A stretch of 58,983 nt of DNA from positions 10,214,654-10,273,636 of the forward strand of contig BFEA01000001.1 of the NCBI GenBank assembly GCA_003427395.1, in the 5' to 3' direction. Below the pieces are notes generated by a model. That model was not told where the DNA came from and did not search any database. It saw only the letters and a program-made list of their open reading frames with translations. Both the position numbers and the translations under genes were made by a program. Shown one piece after another: positions 14,788-28,379 of the stretch (its first letter is position 1; every line of letters begins with the position of its first letter). The stretch comes from Chara braunii. Lineage: Eukaryota; Plantae; Charophyceae.

Positions 14788-17700
14788 ATGGGAAGGAGAG
14801 GATGGAGGTGGGGACTGCGGAAGAGGCCTCCTCCTCCCAATCTCCCTCCACAGAACATACAGAAGGTCTGCTGTCTCAGTCCCCCCCCCTCTCCAGCGGA
14901 GCTACTAAAGGAGATGTACAGTGGCCAAACCTTGTCCGTCAAAAAGGGTCCCCCCCAGGGGCCTCCCCCTTCGTGGGCCGATAAAATCACGAAGATGTAC
15001 AGCGGCCAAACCTTGTCAGTCAAAAAGGACGGAGAAGGGGAGGGAGACCTGAAAATCCCATTGGATAACCTTTTTTTTTTTTTTTTTTTTTTCAAAAAAC
15101 GGGCCCTGTGCCCAAGGCTGATAGTGATATTTGAGAAAATTGAGGCCGGGGTCCTCACAGTCTACCCGGAGTAACCAGACAGAACATGCTGAGAACCAGG
15201 CCCAATGTCCCTCAGATGATGATGATGACGATGAGAATGAGAATGACAATAATGCTAAAGATAATGATGAGCAACTGGTTGGAGATAATTACTAAATACT
15301 AATCAAAGCTTCGACCTTCTTCCTCGCAGGCCAACCCAGAAGACAAAATAATCAGCCAGGGGGCCAAAAAACATAGGGTAAAAGCCCTCCCGAACGACAT
15401 GATTGAGGAAAGGGATGCGATATATATCTGCCATGCAAGCACTCGGGTTTTTTACGATAACACCGCCTACAAGTTAGCCAAGGATAAGGTAGGGTGGATT
15501 AGGAAGCGACTCGCAACTATGAAAGGATCAGAGGAGGGTGCCCGAGACTTCTTCCTAATCCAACCTATCTCGTCGACGGTGTTCACCGTAATCTGTATGT
15601 TCGACTCCGACAAGCGGATCATGGACACATGGCAGAGCATACCCTGCGGGCGTTCGGAGGTTCAAATTTTCCCTTGGTCCCCCCCAAAACAACAAAGGCC
15701 AGAGGACAAGCGGGACCAATTAATGACAGACCACTATTGGGTGGAGTTCCGTCATGTGCCCATAGAAATTCAAGGGGCTTTTGTACAAGAGCTCGCTCAA
15801 AAATACGAGATTGTCGATTTCATCGATCCCCTCCCTCTCTATGTGGCCCCAAGAGATGACTATCTCATGATTCTCTAGACTTGCCCAACGGTCACATTTT
15901 CATCACCGACGATGTGATCCTTTTTCGAGTGGGAGGGAGGGACTTCATAATCCACACAACACATAAAACAAGGCCTTGGTGTTTTAAATGCCAGGCATAC
16001 GGCCATCTCCCGTCAAAATCAGATTGTCCCCACCATCCGGCCAAAAGAATCAGATCTACAGGGCGCTTGTTACGCGATCCTTTCAAGGATACCTAGTGGA
16101 GAATTGTCGACGCAGGGCACGAATGATGGGTCTATATGGACGAACCCCGAGAAGGAGGAGGGGTAAGAGGGTGGGAGTGAGAGAAAGGTGAAGCAGTGAA
16201 TTGGAACACAAAACCACCAGACCAATGGATCCCCCCCAAGTCAGTGGAGGTACATATGGACGAGACCGTCAACCTCCCATACCTTCCCCCCTCCAAAAAA
16301 AAGGGTGCACCGACCCACAGTCAGCAGAACAGGACAGAAGCAGTTAGGAGTGAGCCCAGGCCTCAGGACTTCATTACTCTGACAGACATGGGAGAACTAT
16401 GACAATCCCCAACCCCGAAGAAAAAAACACATTCCAACAAGTCGTGTACAAAAGCAGACCTCAAATAAACGAATTACCCTTGGAAAACTGGACAACCGCT
16501 TTCAGGCCATATCAAGCACAACAAAAACAGGGGACGAACAGACATTCGAGCAACAGTCACTGGAAGTAGGACAGAATGAGCAAACATGAGGGGGGAGACT
16601 TGCTCAGCAAAGACAAAAGGAAGACAAGGGACAAGAAAGCTATGTGCAGAGGCTACAGGTCCTCGGTGGGTGTAACAACGAACGAACGGACAAGGTGGGA
16701 GAGGGAGGGAGAGGGGGAAAGGAAGGAGGCTTGATGGTACAAAGGGGAGAGAAACAACCAGCTCAGGGGAAAGGGGCTATGAACATAAGTACCCACCAGG
16801 CAGCCAGGCATCAGACCCTAGGGGAGACTGCAACATTGGAACCTCCTCAAGGGCCTCGGTCTCAGGCACCGGAAGACTCCCCCCCCCCCCCCCCCCCCGA
16901 CACGAGGGACAAAACGGACCCTTTCTTTCAAACTTTTGGTCCTCAACCCATGGATTGAGAATCGTCATCCGGCCCCCTAGAAGTAGAGATGACAGATAGT
17001 GTCCCTGAGGCCTGCGGGTTATAAGGAGAAGAGGATGTCGAGACTAAGTTAAGGAGCCTGGCAGAGTGGTTAATTGGCCAACTCCAGACACTATACACAA
17101 GCCAAACAGATTTATATTGGGGCGTATGTACAGTTGTTCTCTCTACTGGATGAGAGCCCCAGCCTGAAGCAGGCCTTGGGGCAAGGCCTGTCCCCAAAAA
17201 CTGATTGACAACAGATGCTGTGCAGAGTCTGGAACATTGTGCAAAAAAAATTCCAGCCCCCCGTAACGATAGGAACGCCAGACCCGTTCAAAAGATCAGT
17301 AAACCCGGGCCGCGCAGACAAGCCCCCCCCACACCCCCCTGACCAGTCGCCATAGAAAGGAGATACACAACAGGCCATGTACACCGAACTAACCGAGTTA
17401 ACTGAGCAGGGAGAGAGCGAGGTCCGAGAGGCAGCAAAGCAAATAGGGCCCTCAAAACGGGCAAAATTGCGCCACCTCATTGAGAATGGGTTATACCACA
17501 AAAACCCGTCGAAGGGGGATAAGGTACCGGTACTTCCGATCAGGAGGAGGGTCAGAAAATGGAAACTAGGTCTGTCACCCGCTGAGCCTGAGGACCCATA
17601 TACCCCTACCTATGGAGGAATGACGTTGCACGACTGGCATATGCAGAGGGAGGGGGCATTAAGGACCCATGAGGTCATATAATTCATTACAGACCACTAT

Positions 17701-18000
17701 GAACCAGGAGCCACAACCACCATTAGCGTGTCATCAGAGAACCTGAAGATGACATACAAGGATCTCTATGTGGGATTCAAAGATAATAAGGGGGTAGGTT
17801 TACAATGACCTACGCATGACATGCTTTTGGACACCCAACAACAGAAAATAAAGCTTAGTAGCATCTGGTCGACCGATGATCTACTCACATGTATATGCAC
17901 CATACTAAGAAAAAATATCCTCAACAAGGGGGTGGACTGGGAGACACAAGAATGGTCACAGTTACAAAACGGAGGATAGAGGGGGGGAGGGCAAAGGGAT
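14788..18000 (+). pseudogene. LINE-B ORF1 (zinc knuckle), fragmented
   Basis: PSWADKI; WVEFRHVPIEIQ...FIDPLPLYVAPRDDYL; RPWCFKCQAYGHLPSKSDC. Confidence 0.75.
15071..15185 (-). mobile_element. Short antisense LINE-tail (type B) retro-insertion inside LINE-B ORF1
   Basis: Poly(T) 15071-15092 plus the reverse complement of CCGGGTAGACTGTGAGGACCCCGGCCTC, which matches 36291-36319. Confidence 0.6.
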
Positions 18001-18077
18001 GCACAAACTGCAATGGACTGGGTAGAAGCTGTGTATGGAAAAAAAATAAAATTGGAAACACACCCTCCAACAAGCAG

Positions 18078-21000
18078 ACTTGGACATTAGATCGATTAAT
18101 GTAAATGGTCTAGCGTTCCGTACCCAGGAAAAAACTAAAGCGTTGTGGGACCTAATGCGGGGGGTTGGGGGAAGGACATGGTCGGACGTAGTTTGCGTTC
18201 AGGAAACCCACTTGATGGACACACCAAAACACTAAAGGGCACACAAGCAAGCTTGGCCCTTCCAAAGCTACCAAGCTTTTACGCCAACTCGGGGAGTGTT
18301 AGGGTGGCAATATGGATCCTGCCCGAATCACGACTAGAAGTACTCAGCTGGGAGAATAATAAAGAGGAGGAGTGATGGATTATGGTGCTGACCACATTGG
18401 AATTGAAAGTGGTGTGCATTGTTTTCCTATATGACCCCAACACAACCTATAGAGAATATTTTTTTTCGAAAAGATTGAAATGGTTTCCACCCCAGATATC
18501 CCGACAATCCTAGCGAGAGACTTCAATGGCGCACCAGATAGATGGCTGGACCGATGGAAAGTCCCCCCCACTACCACACACAATGCAGAGGAGGACGAGC
18601 GAATGCTAAGAGACTTGTGCGCCCCCCCTCTCATTATTCGACACTTTCAGGCGCAACTACCCGACCGAAAGAGCCTTTATCTGTATTCAAAACGACCCCG
18701 CCATACTATCTAAATCCCGAATCGATCTAATCTTGACCTCAGAAGAGTTGGGAGAGGGTTAACTATGTCGGCAATCCTGTCGACCAGCCCATACCCTGGC
18801 TTGGACCACAGGATGTGCATGGCAGTTTGGACCTTTCGCAAACGGCCGGATAATGGGGCTAGATACTATAACTCAATACCTCTCTGCTTCGATCGAGGTC
18901 CTTCCAGAAATACCTACAGCAGGCTTGGGACTTTTGGAAGGACTACCGCCCTCAACAAGACTCTCAAATTGCATGGTTTAATGACGAACTTTTCTTTATG
19001 CCCAAGAAGTGCAACAAATATTCCAAATATCTAGCTACATAACGACACCAACAAGAAATCACGATCATGCAAAACCTCGTGGACACAAAACAGCAGCAAA
19101 ACTCGCAAGGGCAGAAACAAAGGACCTATGCATTACAAACCCGCATACAGGACTTGAAGACCCAACTTTTGAAGCATGCACAGTATCGATGGCAGGGAGC
19201 CCAAACAAGGACCCGACTATCCAGGTCCTCAACTGAAGGAGCGGTGGATTCCCACTTCTTCAGCCTAGCCCGAACACGGATCAAAAGGACCACGATTGAG
19301 GTGCTTTATGAACCAGAAACCTGAAAATCGTCCCCAACGGTGACCACGGCGAGATGCACCAAGATAACATACGATTTCTACAACAACGAAAAAATTTCCT
19401 AGAATTAAATCATCATTCTATAGTAAAATTACAATCTAAGTTTCAAATTTTCATTCCATCTTAAAAAATGTCATTCCAATTTTAAAATTTTTCATCTTAC
19501 TTGCAAACTTTCATTCCAAGAATAGGGTATCCCTTCTTATTTGGACTGCATGCTAGAGATGGAATGAAAGTCTGGATGAGTTCATGAAATATTTTAATTG
19601 GATTGTCATTCTAAGTAAGGATTTTCAATCATAGATAGGTTAATCCAATCTAAATTAGAAGATATTTGTTGTAGTAGAATGAAAATTTAATTAAAACATT
19701 TCATAAACTCGTCCAGACTTTCATTCCATCTTGAACAAATCGATGTAGTTGGAAGGGAAAACTCATTTTTAGACGGGAACTTATCAAATAAAACTGGATT
19801 TTTTTTTTATTTTTTTTTTAATCAAATAAAACTGAAAATTTTAGAATTGGACGAACATTGGAATGATAATTTCTAAATATAAAGGATTTGTTTTTTATGG
19901 AATGTTTTTTCAACTTTCATTTCTCGTGGGAATTTTTATGTTGAAGTGTGGATAAGTCGGATGGGTCATACCACGATCGCCAAATAGCGGGATTTTTTAA
20001 ACCGGTAGACAAAACGCTGATACCCAAACAATGCGAATCCTTCGAGGCCCCACTCTCTAAGCAAGAGATATGGACCGCCCTCCTTAAATGAAGGAGGAGA
20101 AAACACCTGAGATTGATGGCCTCCCTAAGGAATTTTGAGAAACCACATGAGACTTTTTGGGCCAGGATGTCATGGACTTCTACAAAGAAGTATGGTACAC
20201 AGGTGAGATGAGAGAAAAAGTGAGGCAAGGGATGCTGACACTCCTATATAAAAAAGAGGATAAAATGGATATAAGAAATTACAGTCCAATTACACTCCTC
20301 ACGGTAGTGTACAAAATGTTGTTTAAAGCCTTAACAAATAGAATGATCCTGGTAATGGAAGATATCGTTCATCCTTCCCAAACCGGTTTCATGGAGAGTA
20401 GGAATATACAAGAGAATATCCTGTTAGTCCATGGATACTCCAGCTCACAAGACACTCCCATCAAAATGCGGCCTTGATTTTCATCGACTTCAAGAAAACC
20501 TACGACCATGTAGACTGACTGTTTCTCGACAGATGTTTGGAAAAAAATGAACTTTGAACCTGATTTTAGGCGATGGATACAAATCTTACACCAAAACGCA
20601 ACCACCTGCGTCCAAGTCAACGGATGCTTTGTGTCGCCCCTACGTTTGGAGCAGTTGGTCCACGAGGGGGACCCAATTGCCCCCTTCCTTTTTCTGGTCA
20701 TTATGGAAGCATTAGTTGCCAACCTCCAGATAAACAAAAACATTACTAGAATCCGATTCACACGCAGTCAGGAGGACGCAATTCCGGTGTGCTCCTTGTT
20801 TGCTGATAACCTCACGATAATGGCAGAAGCCACACATCAAAATATGGAGGAAGTACAAGAAATAATGAAAAGGTTTGTCAGGGTCTCCGACATGATGGTC
20901 AATTGGGGGAGCAAGACATAAGTATGGTGGATTTCACTATCAAGGGGGACACCCTCCAGAGTCACCCCACATTACATGGATGTCGTTAGAAACCCCAGTA

Positions 21001-22580
21001 AGAATCCTATGGGTATCTAGGACCACAGAGGGACGCCCACCAACTAATGACGAATGGATCAACGCCCCGACTAAAAAAAACTAAATAATTGGAAAAATAA
21101 GCATACATCCCTGTTTGGATGCGCAATGGTAGTCAATAACGCAATCTTTGCAACAATATGGTACAAGTCCCTATTCTGGCTATTGAGCAAAGGGAAACTG
21201 AGGAGGCTACGGAAAAAGGCAACGATTTTTCTATGGAGGGGGGATGGCGAGTAGAGCAATGTGATCAACCGAGTGACATGAAATTCAATTATCCAGCCCA
21301 AGGCAGGGGGAACCCTGTGAATAATCGACCCAGCCACGCAGATGCAAGCACTTCGATTAAAATGGATTAAAAACTTATTTTCGACCCCTAGAGCCTGTGG
21401 TACGTCTTAGCTCTAGAACACTTGGCCTGACTGTCCCCGGCAACCCCCCAAAGGATCCACCCGCTGGCATGGTTGGAAGACCGTTTCTGGACGGTCCCAC
21501 CCAAACTCCCACAAGGAAGGGTGGGGCTAGATGGCGGAGACCAGACAATGGACAACTTTTGGCCATTCCTACTGGAAACATGGCACAGACTTCCGCTCCC
21601 AAATAGAACCCACCCCGACCGTTGGGCGGAAGTCTACCGACAACCCCTGTTTGGAAATCGATGGGTGACATATCTGAGAGGCTGCATCATGATAAGCTCG
21701 TCCCTGCCCTGGAAGAGCAGAGTCAAATGAGGTGTCCTTAGGGTTGCGAATCTGTGGGACAACGAGAAACAGGACTGGATAACAAGAGATCAATTGTGGA
21801 AAACCCTACGGTACTGCCATCACATGGAGGGGTTTTTGAATAACCTAATTCAAGCCATACCACTGGCGTGATATCGAATTCTTAAACGGGGCCCCACCTT
21901 GAGAGAGGTGATTGGGTGGTAAATAGGGAGACTCCGCCGAGGATCGGCCAGATACATATGGTCTCACCCCAAATAGTCATGGTCGAGCACTACACTATCA
22001 CCAGAATGGGCGCCCTCCAAGGGAGCAGAGCTCCCTTTTATTGGAAAGAGAAAGCATCAGTATACCAAGTGAGAGTCATAGAGGAGAAGGGACAGAGGAT
22101 GGCATTCCAGCCATCCACACCGCTCCAGGATCTGGCTCTGGACCCAGTAGAATGGACATGGACCCCCCCCCCAAAAGAGGGAAGGCCCCTATGTTGGTCA
22201 CATCAGCCTGCATCAGTTGTCTGTCAAATCGGCCTATAAAATGCTCAGACCCAAACGATATCTGAGGGACACCGTTAACGATTGCTGGGATAGGCACCTT
22301 AATGTGGACCGCACTCTCCTGACACCAATCCATTGGTTCAGTGAACAAGAATCCAAACCCATGAAAATCACCTCCCTACAGTGGCAAATAGCTCATCATT
22401 GTTTGCCAACCAATGACTGGTTGACAGACCACAATAACCTAGAACAAAGAGGCCTGGTACTACCATGGTGCCAGTTGTGCCAGAGTTTATTCCCTTCCCA
22501 TAAGAAGGTGGAGACATTGAACACATTTTCATGCAATGCCTGATCGCCCAATTCACATGGAGATGGTGGGACCGCATATG
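18078..22580 (+). pseudogene. LINE-B ORF2: APE, RT and zf-RVT
   Basis: IRSINVNGL, VCVQETH, RDFNG, PGLDH, DIRNYSPITLL, HPSQTGF, VHEGDP, LFADN, WQIAHHCLPTN, WCQLC..VETL. Confidence 0.9.
19385..19948. mobile_element. AT-rich non-autonomous DNA-transposon-like insertion interrupting LINE-B ORF2 (possibly CACTA-derived); ends approximate
   Basis: Abrupt AT-rich block with repeated TTCATTCC/GGAATGA motifs; imperfect inverted ends caac..aaaaatttcc / gggaatttttatgttgaagtg; LINE coding resumes after ~19950. Confidence 0.55.
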
Positions 22581-23661
22581 AGAGGCGGTTAACGGACACC
22601 CTAATTTTCAGACAACTTGTCATGCCATTTATAACAAAATCCAAGGGTCATTTTAACCAAACTTGCCACCACGTCATAGAGCAGGGACCATAATTACTAA
22701 CTGCAAAAAAAAAACCTAAGAATAAAAGTAAAAAACCTATAAAACAGCATGGCAAAAGTGCACTTTCATGCAAATTTCGCCAACATTCAGTTTCAGAAAT
22801 CTTGAGAAATTTCAGAAATCTTAGCATGGGAAAATTGGAAAATTCCAATGCTCCAAATGAGACCAAATCTGGTACGCAACAACCTTGAACCAAAAGTGTG
22901 CCGAAGTATGGATAATAGGTTAGCATTCCGAGCATTCTGAGTCTTTCATGTATAATGGGACTTTGGACCCGGTCTCCTGCAGGTGTTGCTCCCCACCAAT
23001 AGAATGGATCCCTGTTAAAAAAGAAAGAAAACAACGAAAAAGGAAAAGAAAAGATGGACACGTTTATTCCTTCATACTAAGGCTGAGATTCAGGCTTGCA
23101 AGCAAAAAGGTAGTCACCACGGACTGGATGTTGTCCGTGCAATGAAGAATCTATGCACTTAAACCACCATAACATTTCCCAGCCATTTTCCTCAGACGTG
23201 CCTTGCATGTTGCTGCAACTTTTGGAGGTCGGCTGCCGGAGCAAAATGGCTGGTGGCACCAGCCAAAACGAGGCCTGCGCGGGTTCACTTTTTTTGGACG
23301 TGCAGGGCAAGTGGCTTGGAAGCACTGGCGATTTAAACCACCAGTAATTGGCCCAGCTATCGGTCGTGGAAAAAAAATAGAGTAGAAACATTTCTAGTCG
23401 GATGAATTTGGGCGCTCCTGTAGTGGCCCATACGTTTTCTAAAATCGTGGCTTGTTTACGGGTACGACTTTAGGAAGTACTGATGGTTTAAACCACCAGT
23501 ACCTTTCCCCGCTTGGGATCAGGGGCGCGACGGTTAACACAGAGGCCCAATTCGGCCTCCAGCGCTGACCACATCCATCGGCCGCACTTGCCCTGCAGGG
23601 CCCGCAGCCGATATACGAGAAAGGTACTGGCGGTTGAAGGCACCCACCCGAGCTTGGAGAG

Positions 23662-23726
23662 GCAGGGCTCTAAAGCACAGGCTGCCAGGAAAGGCAGGGC
23701 TCTGAAGCACAGGCTGTCAGGAAGGC
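23662..23726. repeat. ~31-bp tandem duplication
   Basis: gcagggctctRaagcacaggctgYcaggaa twice. Confidence 0.8.
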
Positions 23727-23782
23727 CCGCTCTCCAATGCTTGATAGATATGTTTCCTTAAAAAAAACAGCGATTCTTTGTA

Positions 23783-24100
23783 GGGAAAATTTGTCTAGCG
23801 CCCCTGTATTTTCCATTTATTTGCATCGCACCCCTCCGGCATGCAAAATACCCTGCCGCGCCCCTCTGACCAGTAGTGAAATGTTTCATGAACCCGTGGC
23901 GTCGTTCGGGCCTCACATCTTTTCTTAGTGCCCCTACCGGTACCCACAGTAACTTTGTGTCATGCCCCTACCGGATAGCCGTTGGGAAAATTTCCGATAT
24001 GCCCCTACCGGTACCGTCTATCTTTTTACAGTGCCCCTGTCGCCGTTGGAGAGACTCAGGGGAATTTCAACCCACCCTCCCATAGGCCGTCTGCCTGTCT

Positions 24101-24171
<71 letters not shown>

Positions 24172-24321
24172 ACACANNNNNNNNNNNNNNNNNNNNNNNN
24201 NNNNNNNNNNNNNNNNNNNNNNNNNNNNNNNNNNNNNNNNNNNNNNNNNNNNNNNNNNNNNNNNNNNNNNNNNNNNNNNNNNNNNNNNNNNNNNNNNNNN
24301 NNNNNNNNNNNNNNNNNNNNN

Positions 24322-24383
<62 letters not shown>

Positions 24384-24410
24384 TGACACATTCAAGTGTC
24401 GTCTGCCCTC

Positions 24411-24441
<31 letters not shown>

Positions 24442-24464
24442 GTGTGTGTGTGCGTGTCACACAA

Positions 24465-24509
<45 letters not shown>

Positions 24510-24891
24510 CATCGACGACGAGCAGGAACGAAGAAGGGGGGGGACACTCACCTTGCGAAAACGAAGACGACAGGAGGTTGGCCTTCAGGAGCGCGTCAAA
24601 AAAATGGTGGCGCGTCAACAAGAACACTGTTCGAAATTGAATTCAAATTTCCAGCGCTAAACTGCTGCAGGGCATCACAGGAAGATGGGTGCTCCTTACG
24701 AGGGCATATGGCACATAGCCCAATGGAATGGGACGGCCTGTTGAGGGAGGGCGTCATGGAAAGTTGCACCACTACCGACGGGGGCCTGCCAAAAAGATTT
24801 TCAGTCCCAGGGTTGCGGCAGGGTATTTCGCATGTCGGAGGGGCGCGACGCAAATAAATGGAAAATACAGGGGCGCCAGACAAATTTTCCC
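23783..24891. mobile_element. Non-autonomous Mutator-like element (MULE MITE) containing (CA)n/(CT)n repeats
   Basis: ~77-bp TIRs GGGAAAATTTGTCT.GCGCCCCTGTATTTTCCATTTATTTGC...; 9-bp TSD ttctttgta (23774-23782) / ttcttttta (24892-24900), 8/9 match. Confidence 0.88.
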
Positions 24892-25746
24892 TTCTTTTTA
24901 ATATCCATGTGATTAACCAAAGCATAGTGAACTTGACCGTGTAATAAGGATACATTCTTTTGATATTCTAAATAGGATACACTTTGAGGCGTTTTATGCC
25001 ACCACTTTATGTCCAGCAACTCGGTTGATGTGCTTTCCTTACGTGGATGGAGCGCTCCCTAGGGAATAGCTACTTGGATGTTTCAGTTCGCTTAGGGCCT
25101 CGTTCGACACTCCTCGGGGCCCGAAATTCCCCAAGGAAATGGTCGTTACACTCATCCTCGGGGAAGACGCGGAAAAAAAAAAGTGAAAACATTTCCTCGG
25201 GGATTCCTCGGGGCCACAGCCATTTTGACGATTTCTCTCGAGGTCCCTCGGAGGTCGAGCTTCCGGAAGAATCGGGGCGTCGACGGCAGCTCCTTTGATG
25301 ACATTTTTCAATTTCGTCTGGTCCATCGGTGGTCCTGCTGCGTCTCCACGGACATGTTGGGTCGGCAACGTTCGGCTTCACTCCAACGGTTACCGTTTGC
25401 GGCCAACCGGCATCCCCGACGTCCAGAAGGTACCGTCTTGCGTTGTCGCGTATGGCAATCCGCGGGAATGTCCCAACGGTCGGCAGATACGAATTTTTAA
25501 GGCCGCACTCCAGCTCCCAATTACGCACTGACCGTGGGAGACCGAAGACGTCCTTGGGGGTTTGTTGCGAAGTCGGGACGGCCGTTTGCAGCACTGCGCT
25601 CCACTGTTATGTTGGCGCCCGCGTTGTCTTCCGTTTGCTGCCATCGTCGTCGACTGTTTTATGGCTGACGTGTTCCGCAGGCTGCCGCTGCTGCTCCTTG
25701 TGGTTCTCTTCGACGCAAAACAAAGTCTTCGATGAAGGACGCCAGG

Positions 25747-27362
25747 ATGGAGGCACGACAGGCGATCCCCCGGTCCGGTGGGGAGCAGGTCGGAGGAAGG
25801 CGGTGCGGCGGGAGCCTGTCGACCGTTGGCAGGGCCTCCCAGCGGGTTGGGTGTGATGAATTGCCACCGCACTTGCAACCACTCCCTGGCTCATCGGACG
25901 AGGAGGAGGAGGTGGAGAGACGGCCACAAACCGTGTCGTTGGGCAGCGGATCAACGCAGGAGTGGTCAGCCACGGAGCTGTGCGGGACGGGCGGCGGCGT
26001 GTACGAGCAGTCGTTCACTGAACTCCTTCGGCCTGGCCTTGGCGAAGACGAAGGAGATGGCCGTGTCAACCTGTCGTTCGGTTTGTCCACCGGGCGGTCT
26101 ACAACTCCATCGCGCACAGTGCTCGTGCGACCCCACCCTGGCGACGAAGGCGGCCAATTGACAGTTGTTGATCGATCAGCGAGGACGAGGGCGTTGGCGA
26201 GTGAGACGGCGGGAGCGAACCGGAACTCGTCGACGGCCCAACCACGGGCGGCCTCTCTGTCCAAGGGCGCCCAGGGTCGGCCGGAGTGGATGCAGTTGCC
26301 ATCTCCCCTGTCTGTGGCGTCGGAAGTGGCACGAGGCCGTGGCGTCGGAGTCGACGGCGGGACCGACTTCTTGGATGCTGGTAATGGTCGCGACGGGAGG
26401 GAGGTGTGGAGGGACCTGCGGCGGGATCACCGGCTGCGGCGAGAGGAATACATCACACGGGGGGTGGAGCGTCTTCACGTGGGAGACCGGGAGAACGAGA
26501 ACGAGACGGACGATCCACCGGCGGAAGCAGACGATGACGACGACGACGAAGACAACGACGTAGAGTGTGGGGAAGGGGGGGGTGGTCACGCGTCGCCATC
26601 GTTGCAGACCGACATGGCTGGTAAGGGTGGGAAGTCCAAGCCTTCCGGCCGCAATGCTCGTTCGCGGGCGAAAAAAGGGCAGGGAAAGGGGAGCGGTGGC
26701 GAAGGCGATGGTGATGCGGAGGAGAAGCGCAACTTCTGGTCCGTGGAACACATTATAGCCCTCATAAGGGCTAAACGTGACCAAGATGCGCATATGCAGG
26801 GGATGGGGCACGCATACGCATGAATGAAACCGCGCGAATGGAAATGGCAAGACGTCGCCCAAAGGTTGAAGAACGTCGGCGTGTACAGGAATGCGGAGAA
26901 ATGCGGGAAGAAGTGGGACAATCTAATGCAGCAGTTCAAGAAAGTCCATCACTTTCAGTCACCATCAGGGGGTGCCGACTTTTTCCAGTTGACGTCGAAG
27001 GAGAGGGCGAGCAGGGGCTTCAATTTCACGATGGATCGCGCAGTTTATGACGAGATAGAGGGGTCGACTGGGATGAACCACACCATCCACCCGAGGAACG
27101 TGGTAGACACCGGTGCGTCTGGCGGCGTGCGCCCACCTTCGACGTCTTACATGGATCCTGACTCGGTGGCGGACGGGGAAGGTGTTGCAGGGCGAGAAGA
27201 CGACGAGGAGGGGTCGACGCGAGGCTCTTCGCAGATGACGGGCACCCCCGACGGTTCTGGGAAAAGGAAGAACACGAGGCAGCAGACTTTCGAGGCGCTG
27301 ACGGAATGCATGGAGAAACACGGGGAGCTGATGGCGTCGACGATGGAGAGTGCGAGCAAGCG
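25747..27362 (+). pseudogene. Harbinger Myb/SANT (trihelix-like) DNA-binding protein; one in-frame stop at 26821; 3' end lies in the gap
   Basis: FWSVEHIIALIRAK...WKWQDVAQRL...RNAEKCGKKWDNLMQQFKK. Confidence 0.88.
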
Positions 27363-28379
27363 NNNNNNNNNNNNNNNNNNNNNNNNNNNNNNNNNNNNNN
27401 NNNNNNNNNNNNNNNNNNNNNNNNNNNNNNNNNNNNNNNNNNNNNNNNNNNNNNNNNNNNNNNNNNNNNNNNNNNNNNNNNNNNNNNNNNNNNNNNNNNN
27501 NNNNNNNNNNNNNNNNNNNNNNNNNNNNNNNNNNNNNNNNNNNNNNNNNNNNNNNNNNNNNNNNNNNNNNNNNNNNNNNNNNNNNNNNNNNNNNNNNNNN
27601 NNNNNNNNNNNNNNNNNNNNNNNNNNNNNNNNNNNNNNNNNNNNNNNNNNNNNNNNNNNNNNNNNNNNNNNNNNNNNNNNNNNNNNNNNNNNNNNNNNNN
27701 NNNNNNNNNNNNNNNNNNNNNNNNNNNNNNNNNNNNNNNNNNNNNNNNNNNNNNNNNNNNNNNNNNNNNNNNNNNNNNNNNNNNNNNNNNNNNNNNNNNN
27801 NNNNNNNNNNNNNNNNNNNNNNNNNNNNNNNNNNNNNNNNNNNNNNNNNNNNNNNNNNNNNNNNNNNNNNNNNNNNNNNNNNNNNNNNNNNNNNNNNNNN
27901 NNNNNNNNNNNNNNNNNNNNNNNNNNNNNNNNNNNNNNNNNNNNNNNNNNNNNNNNNNNNNNNNNNNNNNNNNNNNNNNNNNNNNNNNNNNNNNNNNNNN
28001 NNNNNNNNNNNNNNNNNNNNNNNNNNNNNNNNNNNNNNNNNNNNNNNNNNNNNNNNNNNNNNNNNNNNNNNNNNNNNNNNNNNNNNNNNNNNNNNNNNNN
28101 NNNNNNNNNNNNNNNNNNNNNNNNNNNNNNNNNNNNNNNNNNNCGCCCTTGCCGCCGTCAACGTCCATCCGCCATTCGTCGTCGTCGACCTTTCAGTCAT
28201 TCGTCGTCGCCCTGACCGTCATTCGCCACCCTGTAATCCATCCGTGTACTCATAGCTGTCCGTTCCATTCTGTCTTCCATTCTCGCCGCCCTGCGATCAT
28301 CCAACCGCCGCGCGGTGTACTCGTCCGCAAGTTCTGCGAACCACCGACCGCGATCGAAGGTGCTTTTGTCGGATCCGCC

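Larger units (their letters stand above)
14679..23050 (+). mobile_element. L1/Tx1-clade LINE (LINE-B), decayed, with nested insertions; boundaries approximate
   Basis: ORF1 and ORF2 homologous to LINE-A; type A tail motif at 22957-23003 followed by an A-rich tail. Confidence 0.88.

Noticed and set aside
22580-22950. AT-rich block replacing the LINE-B C-terminus
   Set aside because: Probably an insertion plus deletion, but no convincing TIR or TSD to define it.
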